The notes: a model not told the origin generated them from the letters alone. Counted from the first letter of the stretch, positions 18,010 through 28,591 are shown. The stretch is 64,000 bases of DNA from Candidatus Rokuibacteriota bacterium (GCA_003220435.1 QHSL01000071.1:4980-68979); one strand, 5' to 3'. Numbers and translations: made by a program.

Positions 18010-18947
18010 AGATCGGCTTCATCGGGCTCGGCACCATGGGGCGCCACATGGCGTCCAACTTGATGAAGGGCGGCCACCAGCTCGTGGTCAACGACGTGCG
18101 GCGCGAAGCGGCGGCGCCCCACGTGCAGGCGGGCGCCGTGTGGGCCGACACGCCCCGCGCGGTGGCCGAGGCGACCGACGTCGTGTTCACGTCACTGCCT
18201 GGCCCGCCGGAGGTGGAGTCGGTCGCGCTCGGCGAGCAGGGCCTCGGCGCCGGGCTCGCGGCCGGCAAGACGTACTTCGACCTCTCGACCAACTCCCCGG
18301 CGCTCGTGCGGAAGATCCACGAGGTGTTCAAACGCCGCGGCATCCACATGCTCGACGCGCCGGTGAGCGGCGGCCCGCGGGGCGCCGAGAGCCGGAAGCT
18401 CGCGCTCTGGGTCGGCGGCGACGAGGAGATCTTCAACAAGCACCGGCCGGTGCTCGACGCGATCGGCGATCAGCCGTACTACGTCGGGCCGATCGGCGCC
18501 GGGTCGGTGGCGAAGCTCGTCCACAACTGCGCGGGCTACATCGTGCAGACCGCGCTGGCCGAGGTCTTCACGATGGGCGTCAAGGCCGGCGTCGATCCGC
18601 TGGCGCTGTGGAAGGCGGTGCGCCAGGGGGCGGGCGGCCGGCGCCGCACGTTCGACGGCCTGGTCGATCAGTTCCTGCCGAGCAAGTTCGAGCCGCCGGC
18701 GTTCGCGCTTCGCCTGGCCCACAAGGACGTGACGCTGGCGACCGCGCTCGGCCGCGAGCACAAGGTGCCCATGCGGCTCGCCAACATCACGCTCGAGGAG
18801 ATGACCGAAGCCATGAACCGCGGGTGGGCCGAGCGCGACTCCCGGGTCGCGATGCTCCTGCAGGAGGAGCGGGCGGGCGTGGAGATCCGCGTGGCCGAAA
18901 AGCTGCTGCGGGAGGTGCTGGACGCCGACCGCGGCGGAGCCCGCTGA
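18006..18947 (+). CDS. 3-hydroxyisobutyrate dehydrogenase / tartronate semialdehyde reductase family
   Basis: IGFIGLGTMG, DAPVSGG, GAGSVAKLVHN, FALRLAHKD. Confidence 0.9.
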   Translation: MKIGFIGLGTMGRHMASNLMKGGHQLVVNDVRREAAAPHVQAGAVWADTPRAVAEATDVVFTSLPGPPEVESVALGEQGLGAGLAAGKTYFDLSTNSPALVRKIHEVFKRRGIHMLDAPVSGGPRGAESRKLALWVGGDEEIFNKHRPVLDAIGDQPYYVGPIGAGSVAKLVHNCAGYIVQTALAEVFTMGVKAGVDPLALWKAVRQGAGGRRRTFDGLVDQFLPSKFEPPAFALRLAHKDVTLATALGREHKVPMRLANITLEEMTEAMNRGWAERDSRVAMLLQEERAGVEIRVAEKLLREVLDADRGGAR

Positions 18948-18968
18948 GGCGGAAGGCGTGCCGCCGCG

Positions 18969-20636
18969 TCAGAACGCGTCGGGCTCGGCGGCGATCCGCT
19001 CGAGCTCGGCGCGGGTGTAGGCGCCGAGGCTCCGGAAGTTCAGCTCCGTGTAGTTCTTGATCCAGCGCATCGCGATCCTGGTCGCCTTGCGATAGCGCTC
19101 GTGCGTCTCGCCGCCCTGGCGGCGGGCGACGATGTCGGCGAGCTCTTCGTTCAGCAGCCGCCTCACCAGTACCTCGTCGTGGTCCGCGCCGCTCTTGGCG
19201 TCGCGCGCGTGGTGGAGGATGCGCTGAGCGATCTGGGCGACCGACATGCGGCCCGTCGCCAGGTCCTCCATCAACGCGGGATGAATGCCGGGCTTGCCCT
19301 CGAGGCTGTCGATGCCCTTGGCGCCGCGCCCGGCGAGCCAGCCCTCGACGTACTCGATCAGCATTCGCGCGTTGCGCCGGGTGCCCTCGACCGTGATCGG
19401 GCCCGCGGGCACGTTGATGACGATCGGATAGTTGTCGGGGTTCGCCATCTGCGCCGTCGGCTTCCAGCCCGCTCCGATCAGCGTCTTGAACGGATCGCCC
19501 GCCACCTTCATGTGGAAGATGTGGGCGACCCAGGCGCGGATGAAGCCCTGCTCGGCCTCCCACTGCTTGTCGGCGCGGATCGCCTCGGCGGCGGCCCGGT
19601 TGACGTCGGGGTCCGGGTTCGGGAGTGCGGTCGCCATGCCGCCGATCGGCACCGCGCCCCGCTTCAGGCTGATCGCCACCAGCCGCCGGAAGATGTTGGC
19701 CAGGAACGGCGTCGTCTTGATGTCCACGCCGAACCGGTCCGGCCACACCTGAGCCGGGTCGGTCATGACGAACTCGAAGATCGAGGCCTTGAGATCCCAG
19801 CGGGCGGCGTTGAGCCCCGCCGCGTAGGGACCGAGCTCGTAGAGCATCTCCTCCATCTCGTAGACACACGGCAGCGACTCGACGAGCACGACGGCGCGGA
19901 TCGTCGCCGGCTCCAGAAACGGCAGGTGCCGGCGGCTCAGGTCGAACAGGTCGCGATACCAGCGCGCCTCGGCAGCGGCCTCCAGCTTCGGCAGATAGAA
20001 GTAGATGCCCTGGCCACGGTCGGCCTGGGCGCGGCCGGCGTAGAAGAGCGTCAGCGCGGTGCCGAGGAGCGCCGCGTTGACGGGCTGGCCATCGATGGCG
20101 ACGTCGGGCTCGTCGAGGTGGAGGCCGCGCTCGCGGTGCATGAAGAACGGCAGCTCGCCGTCGGCGATCGCGTAGGTGCGGCTCCGCTGGGAGTCCACGA
20201 AGGTCAGCTCGCGGTTCACCGCGGCCAGCCGGTTGTGGGCGGCGCGGACGGTGTCGACGAGGCGATGCCCGCCGGAGTCCTCGTCGTCGTCCAGATCGCC
20301 GGCCGCGCGCTCGCCCTCGGGGCCGGGGTTGAGCGCGTTGATGAACATCGACGTGATCGAGCAGGGGCCCGAGATCTCGATGCCGGGCTTCTTGAGATCG
20401 TCCGGCACCGGCGGGACCCGCCACGTACCGGAATTGGCCTCGCTCGGGGGCGGGTGAGTGGGCAGCGTCTGCTGCTTCAGCGCGCGCTCCAGCACCGCGA
20501 GCCGCCGCTTCCGCAAATCGCGTGCGGTGCGATCGAGACGGTCGTGGAGTCGCGTCAGGTACTCGCAGAACGGGGGTGTGAAGAGCGCGGCCGCCCCTTC
20601 CACCGGGGCGAATTCGACTCGAGTCGGCATGCGCAT
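18969..20636 (-). CDS. aceB: Malate synthase A-like enzyme (divergent)
   Basis: IEISGP, INALN, RGLHLDE, YFYLPKLE, VESLP, GLNAARWD, IGGMA, WVAH, LMEDLAT. Start is 20636 or 20630. Confidence 0.8.
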   Translation of the reverse strand: MRMPTRVEFAPVEGAAALFTPPFCEYLTRLHDRLDRTARDLRKRRLAVLERALKQQTLPTHPPPSEANSGTWRVPPVPDDLKKPGIEISGPCSITSMFINALNPGPEGERAAGDLDDDEDSGGHRLVDTVRAAHNRLAAVNRELTFVDSQRSRTYAIADGELPFFMHRERGLHLDEPDVAIDGQPVNAALLGTALTLFYAGRAQADRGQGIYFYLPKLEAAAEARWYRDLFDLSRRHLPFLEPATIRAVVLVESLPCVYEMEEMLYELGPYAAGLNAARWDLKASIFEFVMTDPAQVWPDRFGVDIKTTPFLANIFRRLVAISLKRGAVPIGGMATALPNPDPDVNRAAAEAIRADKQWEAEQGFIRAWVAHIFHMKVAGDPFKTLIGAGWKPTAQMANPDNYPIVINVPAGPITVEGTRRNARMLIEYVEGWLAGRGAKGIDSLEGKPGIHPALMEDLATGRMSVAQIAQRILHHARDAKSGADHDEVLVRRLLNEELADIVARRQGGETHERYRKATRIAMRWIKNYTELNFRSLGAYTRAELERIAAEPDAF

Positions 20637-20639
20637 GTC

Positions 20640-20669
20640 ACGTTTGCATGGCGTGCGCGCGGCTGTCAA
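20640..20669 (-). promoter_or_regulatory. Possible sigma70 promoter for malate synthase
   Basis: Minus strand perfect TTGACA, 18-nt spacer, TG-c-AAACGT. Confidence 0.4.
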
Positions 20670-20716
20670 TGGCAGAATGCCGACGTTCGACGCCGATGAG
20701 CCGACGATTCCGTGGG

Positions 20717-21103
20717 ATGGGGAAGGGCCGCAAGACCCGTCGCGCCCTCGAGCGTGGCGGCGCCGGTCCGGCACAGCAGATCAACGAGGCGGTGGCGGAC
20801 TGGCCGAGCGTGCGCATCACGCCCATGTTCGGGCGTTGGGGCTATTTCGTCGGCGAGACGCTCTTCGCCTGTTTTCCCCTGCGCCAGAAGGAGCGCGATC
20901 TCTGGGTCCGGTTGACCCCGGACGATCAGCGCCGCGCGCTCGTCGACACGCGAATTCGCCCGCACCGGCGCTTCTCGCGCCGGGGGTGGGTCGAGCTCGA
21001 CGTCGAGGGCGCCGAGGATCTGGGCCGCGCCGTCCGCTGGCTCCGGCGGGCGTACGCCGCGGCCACGCGCCGGCCGCCCGACGCGACGGCCGCCGACCGC
21101 TAG
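20717..21103 (+). CDS. TfoX-N/YjbR-like small protein
   Basis: PMFGRWGYFVG..LFA...GWVEL...WLRRAY pattern; start uncertain. Confidence 0.6.
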   Translation: MGKGRKTRRALERGGAGPAQQINEAVADWPSVRITPMFGRWGYFVGETLFACFPLRQKERDLWVRLTPDDQRRALVDTRIRPHRRFSRRGWVELDVEGAEDLGRAVRWLRRAYAAATRRPPDATAADR

Positions 21104-22482
21104 GAGGTCGTTGACGCCGGCAACGCCGCCGCCTCCGCGCGCGCCAGCGCCTCGATCCGATCGATCTTCACCAGCGGAACCAGGACCCAGGCGAGCGCCG
21201 TCATCGCAGCCCCGATGTAGACCAGCGGCGTGTAGCCGACCGCGTCGTAGAGGCGGGCGCCCACGTTCTGCGAGAGCTGCTGCCCGATGTTAAAGACCGA
21301 CATGAGGGCGGCGAAGAACGTCGCCTCGACGTGGCGCGGGCAGGCCTTCGCGGCGAGGTCGAGGAACGCGAGCTGGGTGATCATGCCGATGGCGCCCCAG
21401 GTGGTGTCGATGATCAGGGCAGAGGTCGCGTCGCGGTAGGCGAGGTAGGCCAGCGTCCCGGCGACGCCCGCGGCGATCGAGAGGTTGACGATGTGTTTGA
21501 GTCGCATGCGCCGCGAGAGCGGCGCGTAGACGGCGGCGCCGACCACGCCGGCCACGGCGGCCAGCGCCGCCAGCCGGCCGATGAACTGCTGGCTGAAGCC
21601 CAGCGTGTCGGTCTGATAATAGAGGAAGGCCGGGCCGAACGACGGGCTGAACCAGAAGAAGAAGATGAACCCCGCCACGATCCACACCTCCCGTCCGCCC
21701 GCCGCCGCGCGGATCGCCTTCCACGTCTCCACGAACGCCGCCCGGTCGAAGCGAGCCGGCGCCTCGTGGACGAAGGACGCGCCCATGCCCAGGGAAATGA
21801 GCGGGAAGCACGCCGCCAGCAGCAGGGCGGCGCCCAGGCTGCGGGTCTCCGCGAGGTGGCCGCCGAGCTCACCCACCGCCACCGACGCGAGCGTGATGCA
21901 CGCCCACTGGACCGACTGGAACGCGCCCGTCAGACCGCGGGGCCGGCCGTTCTCGACCATCATCGCGTCCGTCAACACATCGGTGAACGCCAGACCGAGC
22001 GCCATCAGCGTGAAGAGCCAGACGCCCTCGACGAGCGTGAAGCTGACGGGCCCGCCCAGGACGAGCGCGAGCGGCTTCCCGCCGATCTCGGTCCAGGGGA
22101 CGGACACTCGAAATTCCCCCAGGGGGAGGGTGAACGTCGTGATCTGCCCGTCGACGATCCAACCGCCCCAGGCCAGCGCGAGACCGGCGACGCCCGCCAG
22201 CGTTGAGGTGATCAGGAAGTAGCTCTGCCGCCGCCGTCCGAAGAGCGGCACGAAGTCCGACAGGAGCCCGTACACGGGCTTGATGACCCAGGGGATCAGC
22301 GTGATCAGGAAGAAGTCGGCGGCCTGGCCCGCGCTGAGGCCGCGGTCCTTGAGGATGATCGTGATCGCCTGATTGGGCAGGTACCACATGCCCTGCGCGA
22401 AGTAGACGACGCCGAACAGGAGGGCGAGGCGCTTGGCGTCGGCGGTCTTGAACGGGTTGAGCCGTGCCAGCAGGGCCAGCAT
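21100..22482 (-). CDS. MFS transporter, folate-biopterin (BT1) family
   Basis: VYFAQG, PWVIKPVYGLLSDFVPLFGRRRQSY, FTDVLTDAMMVE, CP..VEATFFAALMSVFN. Confidence 0.88.
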   Translation of the reverse strand: MLALLARLNPFKTADAKRLALLFGVVYFAQGMWYLPNQAITIILKDRGLSAGQAADFFLITLIPWVIKPVYGLLSDFVPLFGRRRQSYFLITSTLAGVAGLALAWGGWIVDGQITTFTLPLGEFRVSVPWTEIGGKPLALVLGGPVSFTLVEGVWLFTLMALGLAFTDVLTDAMMVENGRPRGLTGAFQSVQWACITLASVAVGELGGHLAETRSLGAALLLAACFPLISLGMGASFVHEAPARFDRAAFVETWKAIRAAAGGREVWIVAGFIFFFWFSPSFGPAFLYYQTDTLGFSQQFIGRLAALAAVAGVVGAAVYAPLSRRMRLKHIVNLSIAAGVAGTLAYLAYRDATSALIIDTTWGAIGMITQLAFLDLAAKACPRHVEATFFAALMSVFNIGQQLSQNVGARLYDAVGYTPLVYIGAAMTALAWVLVPLVKIDRIEALARAEAAALPASTTS

Positions 22483-22512
22483 GCGCGGTCATGATACCTT
22501 TGTTCGCGGTCC

Positions 22513-24552
22513 ATGTTGTCGGTTTGTCCTCACGATTGTCCCTCGTGCTGCAGCCTCGTCGTCACCGTCGAGGCCGGCCGGCTCACGTCGGTCACCGGCA
22601 ACCCCGAGCACCCGTTCACCCGCGGCGTGATCTGCGGCAAGGTGCGCGAGTACGCCGAGCGCGTCCATTCGCCGCTGCGCGTCTTGACGCCGCTGCGCCG
22701 CGTCGGGCCGAAGGGGGCCGGCGAGTTCGCGGCGATCTCGTGGGGCGAGGCGGTCGACACGATCGCCGCCCGGTGGCGGGACATCATCGCGACCGACAGC
22801 GCCGAGGCGCTCCTGCCGTTCTCGTACGCGGGCTCGATGGGCCAGGTCCAGTACTTCGCGGGTCATCCGCTCTTCCACGCGCTCGGCGCGAGCCGTCTCG
22901 ATCGCTCGATCTGCATCTCGACTGCGTACGCGGGCTGGCGGGCGACGGTCGGTGCGGTCACCGGCAACGACTCCGAGCAGATGGTCGGCGCGGAGCTCGT
23001 GATCCTGTGGGGCGTCAACGCGTCGTACTCGACCATCAACGTCATGACGCTCGTCAAGGAGGCCCGAGCCCGCGGGGCGTACGTCGTGGCGATCGACCCC
23101 TACCGGACGCCCACCGCTCAGCAGGCGGACGAGCACCTGATGGTCCGTCCCGGCACCGACGCGGCGCTGGCCCTGGCGATCATGCACGTGCTGGTCGCCG
23201 AAGGGACGGTCGACCGCGATTACATCGCGCGTGCAACGCTCGGCTTCGAGCGGCTCGCCGAGCACCTGGCGGCCTACGCACCGGCGGCGGTCGCGCCGAT
23301 CGTGGGGCTGGACGCCGACGTGATCGTGCGGCTGGCGCGCCGCTACGGCCAAACGAAACGGACGTTCATCCGGATCGGCATCGGCATCTCGCGCCACGAC
23401 AACGGCGCGATGACCTGCCGGACGCTCGCGTGCCTGCCCGCCCTCACCGGCGCCTACGCGGATCCGCACGGCGGCGCCCTGCTCTCCACCGGCGGCGCGT
23501 ACGGCTTCGACTACTCAGTGCTCGAGCGCCCCGACCTCATGCCGTCGCCGGCGCCGCGCACGATCAACATGATCCAGCTGGGACGGGCCCTGACCGATCC
23601 GGGGATGGCTCCGCCCGTGCGCGGGCTCTACGTCTACAGCTCGAACCCCGCGGCGGTGTGTCCGAACCAGACACTCGTTCTAAAAGGGCTCGCCCGGGAG
23701 GACCTGTTCACGGTGGTTCACGAGCAGGTGATGACGGATACCGCGCACTACGCCGACGTCGTGCTCCCGGCGACGACCTCGATGGAGCACCTCGACCTCT
23801 ATCGCTCGTTCGGCCAGCTGACATTGCAGCTCGCGCAGCCCGTCCTGCCGCCGCAGGGCGAGGCCAAGTCGAACTGGGAGACGTGCGGGCTCCTGGCTCG
23901 TGCGATGGGCGTCGCGCAGGCGCACTACGCCAAGGGCGACGAAGGGCTCATCCGAGAGTTCCTGGCGAAGGGCGACGCGAGCGTGCGGTCCATCACGTGG
24001 GAGCAGCTGGCGCGCGACGGCTGGGCGCGGGTCGCGCTGCCGCGCCCCTACCGGCCGTTCGCCGACGGCGCGCCGACGCCGTCAGGGAAGGTCGAGTTCT
24101 ATTCGGCGTGGCTGGAGCGCCACGGTCTGCCGGCGCTGCCGACGTACGTGCCGCTGGCGGAGGGTCCGGCCCGCCGCGACCTCACGGCGCGGTTCCCGCT
24201 CCAGTGCATCGTGCCCCCGAACCGCTTCTTCCTGAACTCCTCGTTCAGCCAGTCGGCGCTGCTGCGGCGGCGTCAGGGAACGGCGACCGCGATGCTCGCC
24301 CCGCCCGACGCCGCCGCGCGCGGTATCGGCGAGGGCGACACCGTGCTGGTCGAGAGCGCACGTGGCTCGGCACGCTTCGTCGCGCGAATCACCGACGCGA
24401 CACGACCGGGCGTGGTGGTCATCGAGGGGATCTGGTGGCATCGCTTCCAGCCCGGCGGCCGCGGCGTCAACGTGCTCACGAGCGACCGCGTCGCCGACCT
24501 GGGCGGCGGGCCCGTGTTCCACTCCAACCTCGTCGAAATTCGCAAAGCCTAG
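22513..24552 (+). CDS. Molybdopterin (bis-MGD) oxidoreductase, YoaE-like
   Basis: CPHDCPSCC...C Fe-S motif, SYAGSMG, SIC, IDPYRT, RPGTDAALA, TDTAHYADVVLPATT, FLNSSF. Confidence 0.9.
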   Translation: MLSVCPHDCPSCCSLVVTVEAGRLTSVTGNPEHPFTRGVICGKVREYAERVHSPLRVLTPLRRVGPKGAGEFAAISWGEAVDTIAARWRDIIATDSAEALLPFSYAGSMGQVQYFAGHPLFHALGASRLDRSICISTAYAGWRATVGAVTGNDSEQMVGAELVILWGVNASYSTINVMTLVKEARARGAYVVAIDPYRTPTAQQADEHLMVRPGTDAALALAIMHVLVAEGTVDRDYIARATLGFERLAEHLAAYAPAAVAPIVGLDADVIVRLARRYGQTKRTFIRIGIGISRHDNGAMTCRTLACLPALTGAYADPHGGALLSTGGAYGFDYSVLERPDLMPSPAPRTINMIQLGRALTDPGMAPPVRGLYVYSSNPAAVCPNQTLVLKGLAREDLFTVVHEQVMTDTAHYADVVLPATTSMEHLDLYRSFGQLTLQLAQPVLPPQGEAKSNWETCGLLARAMGVAQAHYAKGDEGLIREFLAKGDASVRSITWEQLARDGWARVALPRPYRPFADGAPTPSGKVEFYSAWLERHGLPALPTYVPLAEGPARRDLTARFPLQCIVPPNRFFLNSSFSQSALLRRRQGTATAMLAPPDAAARGIGEGDTVLVESARGSARFVARITDATRPGVVVIEGIWWHRFQPGGRGVNVLTSDRVADLGGGPVFHSNLVEIRKA

Positions 24553-24556
24553 CTTC

Positions 24557-24721
24557 GACGTCGCCGGCGTGCCGACGGCGGGGAAGGGGTCGCGCGACCA
24601 CGCGGCGCGCGTCCGCATGCCCCGGGGTGGCTGGGCTCCATCATGCGCTTCGCGTCCGTCACTGCTTGGAGGGAACGGGTCTCGTCGACCCCTTCCCCGC
24701 CATCGGCACGCCGGCGACGTC
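24557..24721. repeat. 36-bp inverted repeat (1 mismatch) with ~93-bp spacer; MITE/REP-like
   Basis: GACGTCGCCGGCGTGCCGA(C/T)GGCGGGGAAGGGGTCG at 24557-24592 and its reverse complement at 24686-24721, between convergent genes. Confidence 0.85.
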
Positions 24722-24742
24722 AGCCGGGCGTCTGCATCGGTG

Positions 24743-27517
24743 TTAGCGGTCGAGGTCGCGGGTGGCGGGCTCGAGTAGAGGCGGCTCGGCGCCGAAGCGG
24801 GGTGCGGGCGCCGGGGCCCGGCGCGCCATCGTCTGGAGAAGGACGGGGAGGACGATCAGCGACGCCAGGAGGCTCGTGGCGGTGCCGAGCGTCAGCAGGA
24901 GGCCGAGGCCGAAGATGCCGCGGTGATCGGCGACCATGAGGCTGCCGAACCCGGCGATCGTGGTGAGACCGTTGACCAGCACCGCGGTCATCGTCGAGCG
25001 CGCGATCAGCGGCCCGCCGTGGTCGCGGCCCTCCATGAAGCGCATCACGATGTTCAGGCCGTACTCCGCCGCCGCGCCCAGGATCAGCGGGAGCCCGAAG
25101 ACGTTGCCCATGTTGAACTTGAGATCGAAGAAGTACATGAGCCCGAAGGCCCACATCATGCCCAGGCCGAGCGGCAGGAGGGCCAGCAGCGTCTCGCGGA
25201 TCCGGCGCAGCGTGAGCGCCGTCGCGATCGTGACGAGCAGGATCGCGTAGATCGTGCCCTGCTGATAGGCGCGCTCCATCAGATGCAGCGCCTCGTACGT
25301 GATGACGGGCGTTCCGGTCACGTCGGGGTCGACCGATCGGAGCTCGCTGATGAAGCGGCGGGAGCCCTTGCGGTCCCAGATGTCCACCGCCGGGTGGATC
25401 TGCAGGAGAAACCGTCCGCCGTCGCTCACGAACTTGGCCCGGAACTCCGCGGGGACGTCGGCGAGCCCGATCGGTCGGGGCGCGAGGTTCGACTGCAGCC
25501 GCTGGAAGCTCCGCACGAAGTCGCGGTAGACCTGGTTCTGGAGATGGGTGAGCGCTGGCTCGCTCACCTGCGGATCCGCCTGGCGGAGCTTCAGGACGAG
25601 CCGCATGATGTCCTCGGCCACCAGCCGGAGCTTGGCCTGGACTTCGCCCTCCGGCGCCTCGTTGGCGGCGATGGTGAAGCGACGCTTGAGCATCTCGAGC
25701 GCGGCGATGAGCCTCGGCAGGTCCACCGACGTCGGGCGTCCCACCCGGACGGACCCGACCAGCGGCGCGAAGTCCCCGATGATCTTCAGCTTGGCGAGCT
25801 GGTCGTCCGGGATGAGCAGCAGCACCGAGTCCACTTCGGAGACGCTGCCCAGCGCGCGGAAGGCGGCTTGCTTGCGCTGGAGCTCCTCGAGCGAGTCGGC
25901 GCTGGCGAGCGCGGTGAACCCGGAGCGCCCCGCCGTCGCGAGGATGCGCTTCTCCCACACGACGGACTCCGTGCCGAACGCCTGGAGGTTGAGCAGGTTG
26001 TAGTCGAACTGGACGTACCGGAGCCCCCACGCCGAGACCGCGGTCAGCGCGACCGCCATGAGCGCCACCGTCTTCGGGTAGGCGACCAGCCGTTCCACGA
26101 ACGGCACGTGGATGCGCTCCAGCGCGAGCGCGCGTGGGATCGCGCCGACCGGCCGGGTCGCGTGTCGCCGATCGACCAGGACGAGCATCGCCGGGAAGAC
26201 CGTCATCATCGCCAGCCACGCGAACATGATCGCGGTTCCCGCGATGAATCCGAGCTCGCGCACGCCGCGGAAATCCGTGAGCCACAGCACGTAGAACGTG
26301 CCGGCGGCCGTCACCGCGCCCAGCAGCATGCCGGGCCCGCTGCGGGCGGCGGTGATCTCGATCGCCTCGCGGAGGTTCCGGCCGAGGAAGAGCTCCTCTT
26401 CATAGCGAAAGAGAAAGTAGATGCCGTAGTCGATCCCGATCCCGATCACGATCGAGATGAACATCACCGAGAACAGCGAGAGGTGCCCGATGACGAGGGT
26501 CGCGACGCCGATCGACCAGCAGAGGCTCGCGACCAGCACGAGGAGCATCAGCAAAGGCTTGCCGACCCTCAAGAACGCGACAAGCAGAAGGACCAGCGTG
26601 AGCGCGAACGCGATGATGGTCGCCCGCTCGCTGTCGCGGAACGCCGCGACCATCTCGTCGTTCTGGAGCGCGGGTTTGCCGGTCACGCCGACCTGCACGT
26701 CGGGGAAGTCACGCTTCAGCGACGCGATCACCGCCCGGACGCCCTCGATGGCGCGCTGGTCGCCGGTGAAGCTCCCGCGCTCGGTCTCGGGCTCGGCCAG
26801 GATGAAGAGCAGCCGCTGGTCCTCCGACAGGAAATAGCCGGCGCCGGGGCTCTCGGCGCCCTCGACCGCGAAGAGGGTGCCGAACGGGGAGCGGTACGGC
26901 GCCGGCCGATCGAGGCGCGACGCGATCTGGGCCACCAGGTCCTGCACGAACTTGAGATCGGAGGCGCCCTTGCCTTCGGAGAGCCCGAGGTCGATGAAAT
27001 TGGCGACGAAGGCGTTGGCGATCTGGGTCGCCATGCCGTCGGCGAGCTGATCGAGAGTCGGGCGGGCCGCGAACGCCTCCATGAACTCCTGATAGTCGAA
27101 GATCGCCTCGCGGATCTTGGCGAGCCGCTCCTTCGGGAGGTAGAGGAGGCCCCGGCCCTCGAACAGCTTGGGGTCGATGCGATAGGAGATCCGTGTCAGC
27201 GGAACGCCGCTGGCGTACAGGCGGCGGACGAGACGCGTCGCGTAGACCGTCGCTTCGGTCAGGGAGGGCGCCTCGACCACGATCGCGATGCTGTCGAGGT
27301 CACCGAACTCACTGTCGTACTGGGTGTAGCGCTCGACGTACGGACGGCCGGGCGGCAGCAGCGCACGAGTGGAAGTCGAGAAGGTGAGGGTGGTCAGCGC
27401 GTAGACGAGCGAGGCCCCGGCGAGGGCCAACGCGACGGCCACGGTGAGGGCGGGGCGCGCACAGGCGAGCCGCACCAGCCACCGCAGCGGTCGCCCGATC
27501 CGTGTCGCGAGCGACAC
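24743..27517 (-). CDS. hpnN: Hopanoid transporter, MMPL/RND family
   Basis: Two TM bundles with GIGIDYGI and GAAAEYG motifs, GVTGKP..DE, FDYNLLNLQ..GTESV.WE, TGTPV. Located in the shc cluster. Confidence 0.85.
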   Translation of the reverse strand: MSLATRIGRPLRWLVRLACARPALTVAVALALAGASLVYALTTLTFSTSTRALLPPGRPYVERYTQYDSEFGDLDSIAIVVEAPSLTEATVYATRLVRRLYASGVPLTRISYRIDPKLFEGRGLLYLPKERLAKIREAIFDYQEFMEAFAARPTLDQLADGMATQIANAFVANFIDLGLSEGKGASDLKFVQDLVAQIASRLDRPAPYRSPFGTLFAVEGAESPGAGYFLSEDQRLLFILAEPETERGSFTGDQRAIEGVRAVIASLKRDFPDVQVGVTGKPALQNDEMVAAFRDSERATIIAFALTLVLLLVAFLRVGKPLLMLLVLVASLCWSIGVATLVIGHLSLFSVMFISIVIGIGIDYGIYFLFRYEEELFLGRNLREAIEITAARSGPGMLLGAVTAAGTFYVLWLTDFRGVRELGFIAGTAIMFAWLAMMTVFPAMLVLVDRRHATRPVGAIPRALALERIHVPFVERLVAYPKTVALMAVALTAVSAWGLRYVQFDYNLLNLQAFGTESVVWEKRILATAGRSGFTALASADSLEELQRKQAAFRALGSVSEVDSVLLLIPDDQLAKLKIIGDFAPLVGSVRVGRPTSVDLPRLIAALEMLKRRFTIAANEAPEGEVQAKLRLVAEDIMRLVLKLRQADPQVSEPALTHLQNQVYRDFVRSFQRLQSNLAPRPIGLADVPAEFRAKFVSDGGRFLLQIHPAVDIWDRKGSRRFISELRSVDPDVTGTPVITYEALHLMERAYQQGTIYAILLVTIATALTLRRIRETLLALLPLGLGMMWAFGLMYFFDLKFNMGNVFGLPLILGAAAEYGLNIVMRFMEGRDHGGPLIARSTMTAVLVNGLTTIAGFGSLMVADHRGIFGLGLLLTLGTATSLLASLIVLPVLLQTMARRAPAPAPRFGAEPPLLEPATRDLDR

Positions 27518-28591
27518 CTACTCGTCGCCGGCGATGAACCGCTCGAGCCGCCCGCGAGCGGTCTCGTCCGTCCACTGCTCCGGCGGCGATTTCATCAGAT
27601 ACGCCGACGGAGCGAGGAGGGCGCCCTTGATCCCGCGGTCGAGCGCGATCCGGCAGGCACGGATCGCGTCGATGACGACGCCGGCGGAGTTGGGGGAGTC
27701 CCAGACCTCGAGCTTGAGCTCGACGTTGATCGGCTGGTCGCCGAAGCCGCTGCCCTCGAGGCGGATGTGCGCCCACTTGCGGTCGGCCAGCCAGGGCACG
27801 TAGTCGCTGGGGCCGATGTGAACCGCCTCGGTCGGCAACTCGTGGCTGAGCTGGGATCGTACGGCGTCCGTCTTGGAGATCTTTTTCGACACGAGCCGGT
27901 CGCGCTCGAGCATGTTGTAGAAGTCGGTGTTGCCGCCGAAGTTGAGCTGGCTCGTCCGGTCGAGGCGCACCCCGCGGTTCATGAAGAGGTTCGTGAGCAC
28001 GCGATGGATGATGGTGGCGCCGACCTGCGACTTGACGTCGTCGCCGACCAGCGGCAACCCGCGTTCCTCGAAGCGGCGGCGCCAGTAGGCCTCGCGCGCG
28101 ATGAACACCGGGATGCAGTTGACGAACGCGCAGCCGGCGTCCAGCACCTGCTCGACGTACCACTTCGTCGCCATCTCGCTGCCCACCGGCAGGAAGTTGA
28201 CGACGACGTTGGTGGCGGTGTCCTTCAGGATCCCGGAGATGTCGGCGGTGGCGCCCGGCGCCTTTTTGATCATCTGCGCCAGGTAGTGGCCGAGGCCGTC
28301 GTGCGTCATCCCGCGGTGCACCGGCACACCGAGCGGCTTCACCGCGGCGAAGCGCACGGTGTTGTTCGGCTCCTGGAAGATCGCCTCCGAGAGATCGCGC
28401 CCGACCTTGCGCTCGTCGATGTCGAACGCCGCCGAGAACTCGATGTCGCGGACGTGGTAGCCACCGAGCCGCGTGTGCATGAGGCCGGGGATGAACCGGT
28501 CGTCGGGGGCGTCGCGATAGTAATGGACGCCCTGGACGAGCGCCGACGCGCAGTTCCCAACGCCAATGATGGCGACTCTTACGGGTTCCAC
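27518..28591 (-). CDS. ino1: myo-inositol-1-phosphate (inositol-3-phosphate) synthase
   Basis: [55 protein letters not shown]. Confidence 0.95.
   Translation of the reverse strand: MEPVRVAIIGVGNCASALVQGVHYYRDAPDDRFIPGLMHTRLGGYHVRDIEFSAAFDIDERKVGRDLSEAIFQEPNNTVRFAAVKPLGVPVHRGMTHDGLGHYLAQMIKKAPGATADISGILKDTATNVVVNFLPVGSEMATKWYVEQVLDAGCAFVNCIPVFIAREAYWRRRFEERGLPLVGDDVKSQVGATIIHRVLTNLFMNRGVRLDRTSQLNFGGNTDFYNMLERDRLVSKKISKTDAVRSQLSHELPTEAVHIGPSDYVPWLADRKWAHIRLEGSGFGDQPINVELKLEVWDSPNSAGVVIDAIRACRIALDRGIKGALLAPSAYLMKSPPEQWTDETARGRLERFIAGDE

Noticed and set aside
22513-24552. Selenocysteine-containing formate dehydrogenase
   Set aside because: The ORF is uninterrupted with no in-frame TGA, has Cys at the SIC position, and has no partner subunits.
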